Of a stretch of 64,000 nt of DNA, positions 23,191-36,216 are shown one piece after another. The notes under the pieces are model-generated. The model was not told the DNA's origin and searched no databases. It saw only the letters and a list, made by a program, of their open reading frames with translations. The position numbers were made by a program, and so were the translations under genes. Each line of letters begins with the position of its first letter. The stretch's first letter is position 1. Where the stretch lies: contig NMRA01000182.1 of assembly GCA_002633005.1 (NCBI GenBank), forward strand, positions 257,077 through 321,076. Reading direction: 5' to 3'. The stretch is from Phoronis australis (Eukaryota; Animalia; Phoronida).

Positions 23191-23986
23191 ATACTATTAA
23201 AAACGTGACGCACACATTAAGCCGTAGCAATAAAATTGACCATTACCACAAAACCCCGCTGCTAACGATAAGTAAAATGTTAAAAACGCGGCTACAAACC
23301 CGCCCTTCGATACAAAAACTAAAACCACTAATAAAATTGGTCTAAATTGTTCCTTAAATGTAATACATAGATTGGGAAAGAACCCCCAAGACAGCTTGTC
23401 ATTCATGTAGAGCAAGGTTTACAAATAAACTGGTTACCATGGGTCATTTAAACGCCGACCATGGCCTTCTGCAAGAACCGTCATTTTCTTTGCTCAGAAA
23501 CCACTTCACGGGTGTTAGAACGTCAAGTTGCCATCAGATTTACAGCGATGGTAAGCTCATAAGCTCTCTAAATCAAATGGTTTCTTTGACGAAACGCCGG
23601 TTTATTTCGGCTCAGAGACTGGTGTTATTAATTTGCTATTGGTAACAGTTAGTTATTGTTGTATTACTATTATAATATACCTATCTGGTCTCTGTCTGGC
23701 AGTGTTAAGTGCGTCTGCTAACAGGGACCAAACGAATTTAGCGAAATACAGTAACATGTAACATGACTTGTGTGAAGCCCAGAGCACACCAGCCCACCAG
23801 CCGGAAAAAATCATTAACTTTCATAATAAGGATCCTGGAAAAAGCATTGTGGCCTAGTGGTTTTTTTTTTATTAAATTTTAGCACTTTCGCATTATGTCC
23901 AGGTTCTCATTTACTCCCACACATTCACCAAGACAGGAGCTCAGAGGAGTAGGCGACACCTTTGTGCAAAGCACAACTGTCTGCCA

Positions 23987-24059
23987 GTAAAGCTAGGATT
24001 TGAACCCAGTTCACCTAAATGAGAGACCGAAGCTCAATCCACAGCGTCACAATGTCTCC
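23987..24059 (-). mobile_element. tRNA-derived SINE head
   Basis: The minus strand reads ggagacattgtgacgctgtggattgagc...tgggttcaaatcctagc, with Pol III A-box and B-box-like motifs but no intact cloverleaf. Confidence 0.45.
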
Positions 24060-24108
24060 TGTTCACAAGGTCGTAGGTTCGAATCCCACAGGACACTGCT
24101 GCTAGACA

Positions 24109-24362
24109 CAGGGCTTGAAATGACCAATGACGAAAAAGAAAATTTTCCAAATGATATATCATTCCCCAAATAAATAGGCTTGTCAAGTTGCGTGATAGAA
24201 ATATTTTTTGCCCAGTAAAATTTAAATGAAATGATTTTGCATGAATAAAGACAAAAATAATGATAAAAAAGAGACCAAGAAAGAGGAAACTGGAAATCAA
24301 AAGAGGAAAGTGAAACCAAAAAAGGAGAAAATCCTCTTAAAAGAGGAAAATTCCAAGCCCTG
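24109..24362. mobile_element. MITE with CAGGGCTTG termini (hAT-like)
   Basis: cagggcttgaaa ... ttccaagccctg, with a related end at 6782. No clean TSD. Confidence 0.7.
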
Positions 24363-25653
24363 TAGACCCTCGAGTCACGTCTCTAGCTCCTCAGCTCGGT
24401 CTTAATATGTTTATAAGTCTATGCTTGTTATTTTTGTTTATTAATAAATGAAAAATGGATTCTTGTGTTTGGTGCAATGGGCCCAGCTTCCGGGCTGCAA
24501 ACCTCAGATGCATGGTGTATCAGACCACTTGCACCGTTTTTAATGAGCAAGCTGCAAGCGTGGACTATTTTATAGACACTAGCGAATCTCAAGGAACAAC
24601 AAACTGTCAGTTCTTTGCAAACCAAGATATCACATCTCAGGCAAATAAGGAACATGCGGACACCAACTTTATAGCACCATTCTAAATCAAAAGTTCGCTT
24701 CTTGTACAAAACACAGGTTTGTAGTCACTTCAAACCTACTGTGTATAGACTGAAATGAAGAAAATATTCCATTCCTGCTTAAGACTGGGATTAGGTACAC
24801 CCCTTAGTGGGCAATAGCCGGATAAAATGTGCTCATGGTTTGAGAACCAGTTTGATGCCTGTTGTTCGGTGGAGAAAACTGGTTATTAAAATCCGGGCAT
24901 GTTATATCCGACCATTACCCCCCCCCTCTAGTGTGCTAAAGCAATAGGAACTGGTGCAAAATGTCCTCCCCTTACGAAGAAAACTGGTTTGAATCCAAAA
25001 GGATGCACTTCCCATATATTTTGGGCCTTAATTCTGTTCCAATAAGTGAGTTTCAAACACAAAATTTTGAAAGTCTCTTATAATGAAGATGTACTAAACA
25101 ATAAGACAGGAAGTTAAGAATGATATCTAGAGCTTATGCAATGAGAATGAAGGAACAAACCAGATTTTTGTTCATTGACCTAAAAGACCTCACTCAACCC
25201 ATGAGGTGTCTCAGTATCCTAGGCAACCACTGATCTCAAGAATAATAAGAGCCACAAGACAACAAAACCAAAAACAAAACATTGCACACAAAGGTACAGC
25301 TCAAAACAACTGCTACTTTTTATAAAAATATTTAATAACAAAAACTTAGATCTTACAGTCAAAGTTTTGCTTTTATTTTTTGAGGTTGAGAGCTAGAAAG
25401 TGAGCACATGAGGTAACTGTCTTTGTATTCTTCCACAAGTAGAAGGCAGCAAACCAAGAACCAATGACCAAGTAAAAACCTTTTGTGCCTATCATTCATG
25501 GAATGACAAATCTTTTCCTAGACAAAACTTAGCATTTCTGATCAAATCCAAACGCCATATCAAAAGTGAAGGACCACTCCATAAAGGTCACCCACTCCAA
25601 TAAGGTTACGCACTCCAATGAGGTCACCCACTTCAATAAGGCAACACTAAATG

Positions 25654-25864
25654 TTATGTGCATGCACTAGCAATGACATTAGCACTTTTCTTCAGCTTAT
25701 CAGCATACAGTGGTGAACGGTTAGTATTTACTTCCAAGTCCATTGAGGGGTCAGAGTTCGGATACGTGTGACATTTGACCTGCTTGTCCCAGGAACATGT
25801 GTAGAGATGGGAAGAATCTCTCCAGGCCAATCCACGAACGAAGTCAGACAAAATGAAGGAGTAC
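25654..25864 (-). CDS. WDR77: Methylosome protein 50 (MEP50/WDR77), exon 9 (last)
   Basis: Acceptor tttcag, phase 2. YSFILSDFVRGLAWRDSSHLYTCSWDKQVKCH matches MEP50 DFVRDATW...GWDHQV. Stop TAA, with minus-strand AATAAA at 25372-25377. Confidence 0.9.
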
Positions 25865-26439
25865 CTGAAATGTATAGTCAATAGCTGAACCATAGCACAC
25901 ATGGATATTAATTACAATTGGTGGATGATCCTGCTTTTATTGTTTGGCAAGGTCACGAAAGATAACATAAAACCCCTGCGAGTGAAAGGCGAGTACAGTA
26001 CCCTTGCAAAATGGCAGCCACTGATGTAATTAATCAGCGATGTTGGAATAGAATTCACAGTTTCTGTTCCATAAGCAAAGACTTCTCAATGCAAGTGTCC
26101 TGTGAATGTCTGCCGTTTATGGCATGTACACCAGGTTCCACACAAAGGTTCTTACCAAGACCCTCTCTCAAACATGACTTTCTAAAACATTCAGTGGGAT
26201 AAATGAATGATCAGGAATCGGACAACAAAATACAATCAAAAATGACTATGAAAATGTTCAGCAAGGCCAAACCCAGTACATTTTGAAGCACGAGTAGTGG
26301 GCTGTTTGATTACCCACCGACTGTGACAATTTTGTCATTTGATCCAAGCACATTGGCGACCAAGAAATTCTTGGTAGTATAAGGTTTTTTGATTGGTTTA
26401 TGTTGAGGTGGCCCCCTTGAAGCATTTTAGCAGAGTTGT

Positions 26440-27281
26440 AATCATGGCAACTTTGAGGATTTTTTGTACATGCCAATTAAGGCCATCATTATGCAAAATT
26501 TTGTTTTTGCTTACAACTTCCTTGCCAAGTACCATAGATAGATAATTTTGATGTTTTTGTCTATCTTTCTAAGGTCAGTGAATTCAATGGAGACAGTTTA
26601 CAGGTAGAGAAATTGCTAATTTGCATAATTTATGCAAATTAAGACCGCCATTATTCAAAAACCTACTTGTGCCTATAGTTTGAATAAAAAGCACCCCGGG
26701 TAAATTAAATACTATTTTCGCCCATGTATCTACAGTCAATTTATTTAATGAAATCAGTGTGCAAGCTGTTGCATGATAAATTTGCATAACTTATTCAAAT
26801 AACGGCCACCATTATCCAAAATTCTGTCTTCATTTGTGACTGACTTGTGGGAGCACTTCCTGTAAATCACCTTGATATTTGCACCCATGTTTTCGTGGTC
26901 AAAGAATTTAAAAGAATTTACTGAAATCAGTTTGCAGATCATTACATCATAAACTTGCATAATTTATAACTTATGCAAGTACAGGTTGACATTTGCATAA
27001 TTTATGCAAATTATCGATGTATCCACCTCCAAAGAAGTTCCATTAAATTCACTGACCATCGAACCATGGGTAAAAACATCAAGCTAATTTGCCTGCAATG
27101 CTTAGCAAGGAAGTCATGAGCAAGAACAGAATTTTGCAGACTTTATTTGCATATTAAAAAAATGACCAAGGGTGCCAAAATTACAACCCAGCTAAAATGC
27201 TTCACAAGGAGCAACTGGACATGAAATAATCGATAAACCTTTTACCACCAAGCACTTCTAGGTACCCATTTCTGGCTACTA
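26440..27281. mobile_element. Fragment of an Academ-like DNA transposon arm rich in ATTTGCAT/ATGCAAAT repeats
   Basis: Same subrepeats as 31808-33992 (tttgcataatttatgcaaattaagaccgccattattcaaaa). It ends in ...ctggctacta (CTA terminus). Confidence 0.6.
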
Positions 27282-27482
27282 GAGTAGTCTACCTAATTTG
27301 ACCAAGTGATTAGGCAAGATTCAGAATAAATCAATTTTTTCCAAGTACTTGTCACGCCATCAGTAAAATCAGATCACAAGAGATGAAACCGTGACAACTA
27401 TACCTATGTGGGACCGAGATACAAATTTAAAAGCACCAACTCAACAATTCTCACAACATATATATGCCAGCCAGCTACTTAC

Positions 27483-27560
27483 TCTTCTTTGCAATGAGAT
27501 CCACTGAGATGGCAGATAACTACAGAACAATCTTCAGACACACTGGCCAGGGTATTGTCT
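27483..27560 (-). CDS. WDR77: MEP50/WDR77 exon 8
   Basis: ttttcag|...|gtaagt, 78 nt, phase 2 at both ends. DNTLASVSEDCSVVICHL compares to human FLASLSEDCSLAVLD. Confidence 0.9.
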
Positions 27561-29116
27561 CTGAAAAGACAGCATATTCAAACAATTGAAGGCCATGGCT
27601 ATAAACCTGATTTCGGCAAGGGAATCTAACTTTTGATTTATGCCAACTTCCGTTATAACAGAGAACTTAACATACCCAGCACCCAGATTAGAGGTGATAA
27701 ATGGACTTGTTTGGTGTTTAATTGAGGCCATGTTCAGCACAAGTGAGTGGCCGTGCCAAGCCAGTTTGTTGAGACTCAACCAAGAACAAATTCTTCACAT
27801 GCCCAGAAAACACTTTTAATCTGAGTAAGCAACACGTTGACACCAGCTTCATAAGACAGCTTTTGACAGAAGGCAGGTTAAACGAGCAATGAACCCAGGT
27901 TCCATCAAAGGACCTAACTTTAAATGTGTTCCTTATACAGATGAGATGCGATTTTGCATAGAGCAGCCAGCTTGTTATTGCACGAGCCGTGCTCAGCAAA
28001 TAAAGTGAAACCCTGCAGAGCCTTGCTCCAAACATTACCAAACTGTCACTTCTTTCTAAGGCCAGGAATCGCACCTATTTCGACCAACAAACACTTTGAA
28101 ACAGACATCATAATAACGAGAGGTAGAAACTGAAACTTGGCATTTGTGATGGAAGGCAACCGTTTCCATTTATAGGACTTCTACAAAAACAACTGAAACC
28201 AACAGTTAGTACAATCTTACTCTGAAAAGTACCCAAAACCCAAACACAATTCACTGCATGGCATAAATTATCATACGTCATGGTTGCAATTTGAGTACCG
28301 TATTGAATTTGCAATAAACTTAGAAAAGATCAACATGGATTCAGTCCAACCTGCAACTGCAGAAGTATCATTTGTCCCAATGGTAATGTAATCGCTCGTT
28401 TCCTTTAGTGACAATCAAAAATGTTAACAAATTGATGTTTACGATCTCTTAGCTATTGAATTTTTATATCAACGTGTGCGCAATACTTAGTTTTTGTTAG
28501 TCATCTCTTCCACTGCAACATCTTCCGTCTTACATCTGCATTCACTCTCACTTAAATGTTTTACGGCCGAAAAACATTTTTGGGATTATCGTTAAATGAG
28601 ATAGCCTTTTTGAACCTTTTAGTTTTTACTAGTGATATAAAGCAACAAAATCATTGTATGTTTGTGATTGTATTACAAAGTGTCAATTCTTGCTATTATC
28701 TGCCACACATTCGGTGAAATCGTACCGATGTTTTTACAATTTAAAAATGCTTCAAACACTGTGCTATTTAACTCTAGGATTTTGCTCAGCAGAAAAGCAT
28801 TTGGCTGCTACTGCAGAGCAAGTAGGTATGAATCTGTACTACAGCCAATTTCTGTAAAAATATAATATTTTGCCGATAATGTGCCTTTAGCAAACACGAT
28901 GACTAACACAGGCCTTTTGCCCGTCATTTATGTCACCGCCCTATTGTTGAATGCAGGGTTAAAAAGGGGCCAGCAAAATAGTGATTTAAAAGTTGAAAAT
29001 GTCCACGACAACCAGTAACTTTTATTTGTAGAGAGGGTAACACAAAATTTTTTGTATTTCTCTTTAGGGTCCGCAGTCAAGGAAGGCGAAAGTTTAACAT
29101 GATCAGAATGTCTCAC

Positions 29117-29294
29117 CTTCCAGGACAGAAGGCCATCCTGTGCACCACCCGCTGGTGCGGCTTAGCATGTAAGGAGGTGGCATCAGGATTTCGCAAGTCC
29201 TTGACTTCAATGCCACCATCTTCTGCACCAATGGCAAGGTGATTGCCATTAGACTGCCATGCAGTGCATGTCGGGCGTGATTTTTGTTGGGAAG
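29117..29294 (-). CDS. WDR77: MEP50/WDR77 exon 7
   Basis: tttcag|...|gtgaga. Encodes SQQKSRPTCTAWQSNGNHLAIGAEDGGIEVKDLRNP...PHQRVVHRMAFCPG (WD40 repeat). Confidence 0.9.
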
Positions 29295-29471
29295 CTGAAA
29301 TGATAGTACACATTAGAGGCAAGTCAATTTGAAACTAAAATTTTTCCAAAAAGTGATACAATGTCCTCAATAAACTAATCCAATGAGATGAAACGTGGCC
29401 CCGGCACTAAGTGGTGCTCGGAGGTTTTCTAAAGGATGTAACGAGTGCACATTATGCATGACTACTTCTAC

Positions 29472-30973
29472 AACAAGAGCAATGCAGAGCGTTGAAATGC
29501 GCCCACAATTGCACCGCATACGGTATCCTTCTAGGGTTGTTTATTGGTACCATAAAGTGGCCAGTAGAGGGCATATATGTAGTATGTTGTACTTTGCAAA
29601 ATGGAAAGGCATGGTCATTGTCTCCTCAATAGGCTAGGGGCAAAATGTGAGTGATCTTCATAATACAAGCACATCTTATACATCAGTTGCTTAAAGCACC
29701 ACAGAAACATAGAATTAAAAACAAATTTACCAACATATGAGATTAGCACAGCATTAGAATGCCAGAAACAAATTTCTACTTGGAACTTTTCCTTCATAGT
29801 CACGAAGTAACACAAAGTATACACCTGAAGATCTATCAAAATACAGAGGTCAATGCAAAATACTAAAATTGCCACTAGAGGCATACCGGTAGTCAGAATC
29901 ATCCTAAAGTCGTCATTGTCCATTGTCAACATCACATAAATACACTGGATAAATTTAGTAAAGATCCTGCTAACGGTTTGGGAAATACAGCCATGGGCGC
30001 AAAAAAAACTGCCACTAGGGGGCACCACAGTAATCAAAGTCATAGGAAATTCAGCGTCAACCATCCTCTTCATAGTAAGAACATACATGCCAATTTTCAC
30101 AAACATACTTATAGCGGTTTGGTTGATAGAGGGGTGGACGCCGAAAAACAAACTCAAAAACAGTAAAAATGGCCACTGGGTGTCGCAAACTAGGTCGAAT
30201 TCATCCGAAAACGGGAGGATAGCGTCATCGCACTAATAGGTGCCTACATACCAAATTTCATGAAAATCCGTTAAGGACTTGTGAAGATACAGAGGTAAAC
30301 GTAAAAAAATAAAATTGCCACTAGGCGGCACACTGGAAGGCGGAACCGTCCAAAAGTCGTCATCGTCTGTTATTAACATAATATAAATACACTTATTAAA
30401 TTTCGTAAAGATCCTGCGAATGGTTTAGGAGATACAGCCATAGGCGCAAAAAAAACAAAACTGCCACTAGGAGGCGCCACAGTAGTCCAAATCGTTTGAA
30501 AATCATCGTCAATGGTCCTCTACATAGTAAGCATATACATGCCAATTTTCACAATCATCCTTTGAGCGGTTTGGTTGATAGAGGGGTGGACGCACAAAAA
30601 CAGACTCAAAAACACTAAAAATGGCCACCAGGTGGCGCAAACTATGTCGAATCCATCTGAAAACGGCAGGGTAACGTCATCTCACTAATAGGTGCCTACA
30701 TACCAAATTTCATGAAAATCCGTTCAGGACTTTTGAAGATACAAAGGTAAGCGTAAAAAACTAAAATTGCCACTAGGGGGCACACCGGTAGTCGGATCCG
30801 TCCGAAAGTTTGCACATGCCGTCCCATTTATGAATGGAACACATGTGCCAAATTTCATGAACGTATGTCAAAGGGTTTTGGAGATAAAGCAGCGGACGCC
30901 GGACGGACGCCGCCCGGACAGACGGAGATGACGGCATAATGCGTCCACACATAAATATGTGGGCGCATAAAAA
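29472..30973 (-). mobile_element. Non-autonomous Helentron-type element (HINE), full-length copy 2
   Basis: Subterminal IRs atgcgcccaca/tgtgggcgcat, terminal palindrome caatgcagagcgttg, end hairpin, (ggac)n microsatellite, central tandem array, A/T-run ends and no TSD. Confidence 0.85.
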
Positions 30974-31807
30974 TAAAATTTGACACGACACATTCTCCGA
31001 TGAGGACGCCAAAGTAAGCAATCACATTTACAACAAAATTTGTAATGCGCGCAAATTCTTAAACACAAGGAACAAGGTCTTGTTGTGTTCACACAAATTT
31101 CATTCAGAAACTGTTCATTTCATACACAGTACATAGTTCAATGCTTTCAGTTCACATATCGAAAACAACCCCCCCCCACCAGGTTTCAACTAGATAAACA
31201 ACACATAAATGCAATGCAAAACACTTAATGAATAAAAGCTTGCTTGGCAGCCACAAATGTTAAAATACAGATTGACGCTTGTAATAATTAGTATGAGATG
31301 TGGCTTTAGTTGCCTTCTGTTTACAAGGATGGTATACAATGATAACAACCCATATCATACTGAGCATCTGGTCAAACTAATTTGCTAGTGTGCTGACCTA
31401 ACACCACTACAGCTGTAGGCGTTCTTATGAAGGTCACTCAGTTTAACGACAAAACATTATTGAATTGGACATTTGAATGTTTTATAAAGAAGAGGTCAAC
31501 AGGAAAATTGTTCAACATTTAATGACGATTTAAGGTGTATTTATATCTTCACCATAGTCATAATATAAACACACCTGTTTCTAAGTGGCAACCCTCTTTG
31601 TTGTGACACAAACATTCTAACCATCATACTAAGCAATTTCTAGAAGTAACTCATGAAACTCATATGTTTCAATTATGTATACTTATTTTTTGTGATAGCC
31701 CAAAATCAACAGGGTAATATGTACAATATTTACAAACAAGAATATAAAACAAGGGCTTTTATTCACAGTGAGCTGGCAACTAAAGTCCTTAGGCAACTCA
31801 CCCATGT

Positions 31808-33992
31808 TAGTCCGGGAGCCAAATGCTGTTTTTTTTCCTTTACCTGGATTTGCTGGATAAAGTTTTTTCTTTGGTGTTTATGTAGCCTAAGCATAGGTGA
31901 TCATAATTTAGGGGGTGACCGTCTGCAATACTAGAGCATTTTTTTAAATATGCAAATTAAGGCTGCCATTATGCAAAATTCTATTTTTGCTTCCTTACTA
32001 AGCGCTGCAAGCAGATTATTTGTTTACACCCATGTTTCCAAAATCAGCAAATTTAATACTGCAAGTTTTATGGGGGGATACATATTGAATTTGCATAATT
32101 TATGCAAATTAAGACCGCCATTATTCAAAATTTCACTTGCTCTTATAACTGTGATTCCTATCATCACAAGTGAATTATCACATTTCCACCTATATTCCTA
32201 TGGTCAATTAATTTTATGAAATCACTTTGCAAGTTGGCGCAGGATAAATTTGCAAAATTAATGCAAATTAAGGCCACCGTTATTCAAACTTATATTTTTG
32301 CTTATAACACCCTTACCAGGCACTGCAGGTTACTTTAATGTTTTTACCAATGCTTCCATGGTCAGTCTACTATTGCTTATATTTGAAGTACCAGGCACAC
32401 CAGGTAAACTATTTTAAAGTCTGCACCCATGTTTCTGTGGTCAATTAATTTAATGAAATCAGTTTCCAACTTGTTGCATGATGAATTATCATAATTCATA
32501 CAAATAAAGGACACCAGTATCCCAAATACTGTTTCTGCTCATAATTTCCTTATGGACATTACATGTAGATTATTTTCGAATATATCTCATGTTTTCATGG
32601 TCATCATGAATTTGCATAATTGATAAATAAATTTACAAATTACAGCAGCCATAATCAAAATTCTACTTGTGATTATAACTGCTGCATCCGACACCAGAGG
32701 TTAGTTATAAATATTTGCACCCATGTTTCTGTGGTCAATGAATTTAATGAAATCTGTTTGCAGGCTGTAGCATGATAAGTTTGCAGAAACTCTTTTTTGA
32801 GGATGAAGTAAGAAAATATTTTGTGTAGTGTGTGCTCAGCAGTTTGAAACCTTAAATTCCAAAAAGATATTGCGTATTGCCCTGCGCTCCCACAGACCAT
32901 AGAAAAACGAAGAATAAATTAATGACCTGGGTGAATGCTGGAATGGGGCTAGGAGAGATCAGTTAAAAGAGACCAAATTCATGAGGTACTAATACCGTAG
33001 TGGGGCCATAGAAGGGAATTGTCCTACTAGATTGAAAGCAGTCTTGGAGAGATGGAGAGCGGTACCATTAGATCTTGTACTGAACCTATCAAATAGAAGA
33101 AAGTAAGGCACGTCTTGATGCACATGCCCAGGATATTCCACGAATCTGTCAAAAGTAGATACCAGCATCAATCTCTTGGATCCCAAGGTCTATCCCAAAG
33201 ATGCAGTAGTGAACATGAGCAGTAACAGGATTGCTATTCCAACAGTTAATGTACATGAAACAATAAGCATTGGACAAGCAATGTTATCAGACTTCGAGAA
33301 AAGCTAGCAGTACGTTAGGAACACAAGTAGGTAATCACTGATGAAGATCCCTGTCCCTTAATATAGCACAAGGATATTGGCAGGAGGTATTATCATGAGA
33401 CATCCCACGAAGAAGCCAGCTCCATTATTGTGCAACAGGACGTGAAATGTGCATGTGAACTTAACAAATTTAATGTTGTTTCAGATGACAAAAATGTAGT
33501 TGCTCTTCGTGAGCATTACTATGACATGGAATATTCAAATTTGCATTAATTATGCAAATTTATGATGTAGCGACATGCAAACTGATTTCATTAAACTAAT
33601 TGACCATAAGAATATAGATGCAAATATCATGATAGTTTATCTGTGGTGTCTGGTACCATAGCTTATAAGCAAAAGAAGAATTTTGAATAATGGCAGCCTT
33701 AATTTGCATAAAATTTGCAAATTGACAAAGTATCCACCAAAAAAACTTGCACTACCATGGAAACATAGGTGAAAATGTCAAAATTATCTGCCCGCAGTGC
33801 TTGGTAAGGAAATTATAAGCAAAAATAGAATTTTGCATAATGGCGACCTTAATTTGCATATTCAAAAAAATGCTCATGGGTTGCGAACGGCCACCCCCCT
33901 AAATCATGATTACTTAACCCCAGGCTATATGAAACAGCAAAGAAAAAACTTTATCTGGCAAATCCAGGTTCAGCCCCCTAGCTCCCAGACCA
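31808..33992 (+). mobile_element. Internally deleted Academ-like DNA transposon with long TIRs
   Basis: Termini tagtccgggagc and gctcccagacca. The arms match over more than 150 bp (cctggatttgctggataaagttttttctttg... versus ...caaagaaaaaactttatctggcaaatccagg). A coding relic sits in the centre. Confidence 0.7.
33085..33530 (+). pseudogene. Decayed transposase/XPG-PIN-like relic within the Academ-like element
   Basis: Frameshifted peptides ESKARLDAH, INLLDPKVYPKDAVVNMSSNRIAIPTVNVHETISIGQAMLSDFEKS*, VITDEDPCP and ETSHEEASSIIVQQ...VVSDDKNVVALREHYY (compare HEEAD...DDTDV), with several stops. Confidence 0.6.
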
Positions 33993-34681
33993 TGACACGA
34001 CTTGGAAAGTTTTTCTCAGTTCCTACAATTTATTCTGAATTACCATTGGTGAAAGTCATTCAAAACGTTTTGTCTGACAAAGTCACAAAAAATATCTAGT
34101 TTTGATGTATTTGCATCATATTTGAGAGGCCCAGTATTGTGCGGAAAGGCCTGAGCCATGTATCATTGTACGCAACCCAAATGCAGCGTTAGCACCCGGC
34201 AGCTAATCCAAAACAGCACTGAGATCATAGCCGTTGAGTCCCTGTTACCATTAATTCCCCTACACTATTACCATCACCTTCAGGTGCTAAATCACACTCG
34301 TTTTCACGTTTAAATCTATAAAAACTTCTAAAAAAATGATCTATAGTCATACCCCTGCGCCTGGCTTCAACCATTGGAAAATTCTTTCAGAAATCAACTA
34401 ATAACTTCAAAATTATAACTCAGCACCATGTTGTGTAAATCAACAAAGTCAAGACAGAACTGCCAACAAGGGAATGCACATGCTCACAAATTGTGAAAAT
34501 CATAAGTGGCCAGGGGGGAGTGCTCTCGCAGACAGCACACAACTGCAGATTGTCATAGGTGAGAGAACACGACAAAAGCTGTGAGTCGGATTATCGGATA
34601 GGCGATTGAACATGCCCTGAGCTGGATAAGGGTTAAGAAAGAAAGTTTCTTGGGGGAGATAGTGGTGTAATTTTAACGTAC

Positions 34682-34736
34682 CTAATACTTGAGCTGGATA
34701 CTTCTTTCTGTTGTCCCACAACAAAGTTCTACCATC
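34682..34736 (-). CDS. WDR77: MEP50/WDR77 exon 6
   Basis: tttacag|...|gtacgt, 55 nt, phase 0 in and 1 out. Encodes DGRTLLWDNRKKYPAQVL. Confidence 0.9.
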
Positions 34737-36216
34737 CTGTAAAGATCAACAGCAAAGAAATAAATGTATCACCAAGAGGGCACAAATATCAGGGTTCAAT
34801 AATTTGTACATGGATTACATAATAATCCATGACTACAACAATGAAAAAACCCTGTCCTATTTCACTGCCAAGTGTTTTGGAGCTGCAATTCCCAGAGGCA
34901 ATTAAATTTTAAGGAAACCTACATAACAGGATGCAACTATCAGCATGGCAAATCAAGAAGCCATACTGGTTTTTGGTGGAAATACATAGCTGGAATGACA
35001 TTTCAAAATTGGACCTTCAACCAGCAGAATCATTTTGCATTTGAGTCAAAACATCCGACAATGCTGTTGCACTTTGACAAGTAAGAAATCAACAGAAATT
35101 TCTTGAAAAAAGACAGAAAAAAACCTGAAAAACTCCATTTTTTGGATTTGCTAATACTGTGGTCTAGTGATCCGAAGATATATTTAAACTGTAGGTCCAT
35201 TAATATCTCCCATGGAGTTTCAGGTTTAAGAGGTCAAGAACGTTCAAGTACCCAACTCACTGATAGGTGCGTTTGGCAATGAAAGTTAATATTAAATCCG
35301 GAAAGTGTTCTAGCAGTGAATAAAACAAGAACTAATAGGTACATTGTAAAGTTTAAAGAGGCCCTGATTTTCTGCGGTAATAGAAAACGGACAGAATTCT
35401 CGGAAATTGGACTTCTTTCATGAATGTTACATAGTAACTTGCCACGCCCCAACCCCTGCCTGCGAATAGCATGACACTATTGTAAATAATATAACATTAT
35501 CTTCAACACGTCAAACACATCAGTACAAATGCCAGCCTACACATTGTAACTGAACCGACGCAAAGAGAGCACTGCCAGAGAGATTCCTACGCGCGTTACA
35601 CGTATTTGGAGGTTTCGAACAGAATCTGCATATTTCAGTACTAAATAATATAACTCTAATATTTTTGTTTTTTAATCATCAAAAACTAAAAACATAACCA
35701 AACAAACAACACAATTCTGGACACAAATTGATCAATGATCGTTTTGCAGCTGGCCCCTATGTTCAAGTAGTTGTTCATTCTTTCTGAAGAGGGCACTGTT
35801 CTTTTTCTATTTAGCGTAATAATGAACATGATGTACAGCAAGTTATCAGCAAAATGGAGTTGCGACATATTTCAGCATTTTAATATCATTTATCACTTTG
35901 AAATAGTAGAACAGAATTGGCCAATAAACGATTTCTTCATTTTTGAAAATGGAAAATCAGGGCCTCCTAAGTTAACTACATATATACTACTTTACACAAA
36001 TGCGTTCAAGTCGAGTTTACCTAGATGTCAAATATTTCCTTCTGTTCAAATTCCAAGTTACTTACTTAGTTTAAAGTATGTGTTCAAATACCAACTGGCT
36101 TTCTTTCAGATTCTTGCAGCGTTTTGGTCATAAGACAGTCATGTGATGATAATTAGTTTAGTCACATAACATAGCAACTGCGCCATATCACGGGGATAAA
36201 AGAACTTTCAAAAAAT

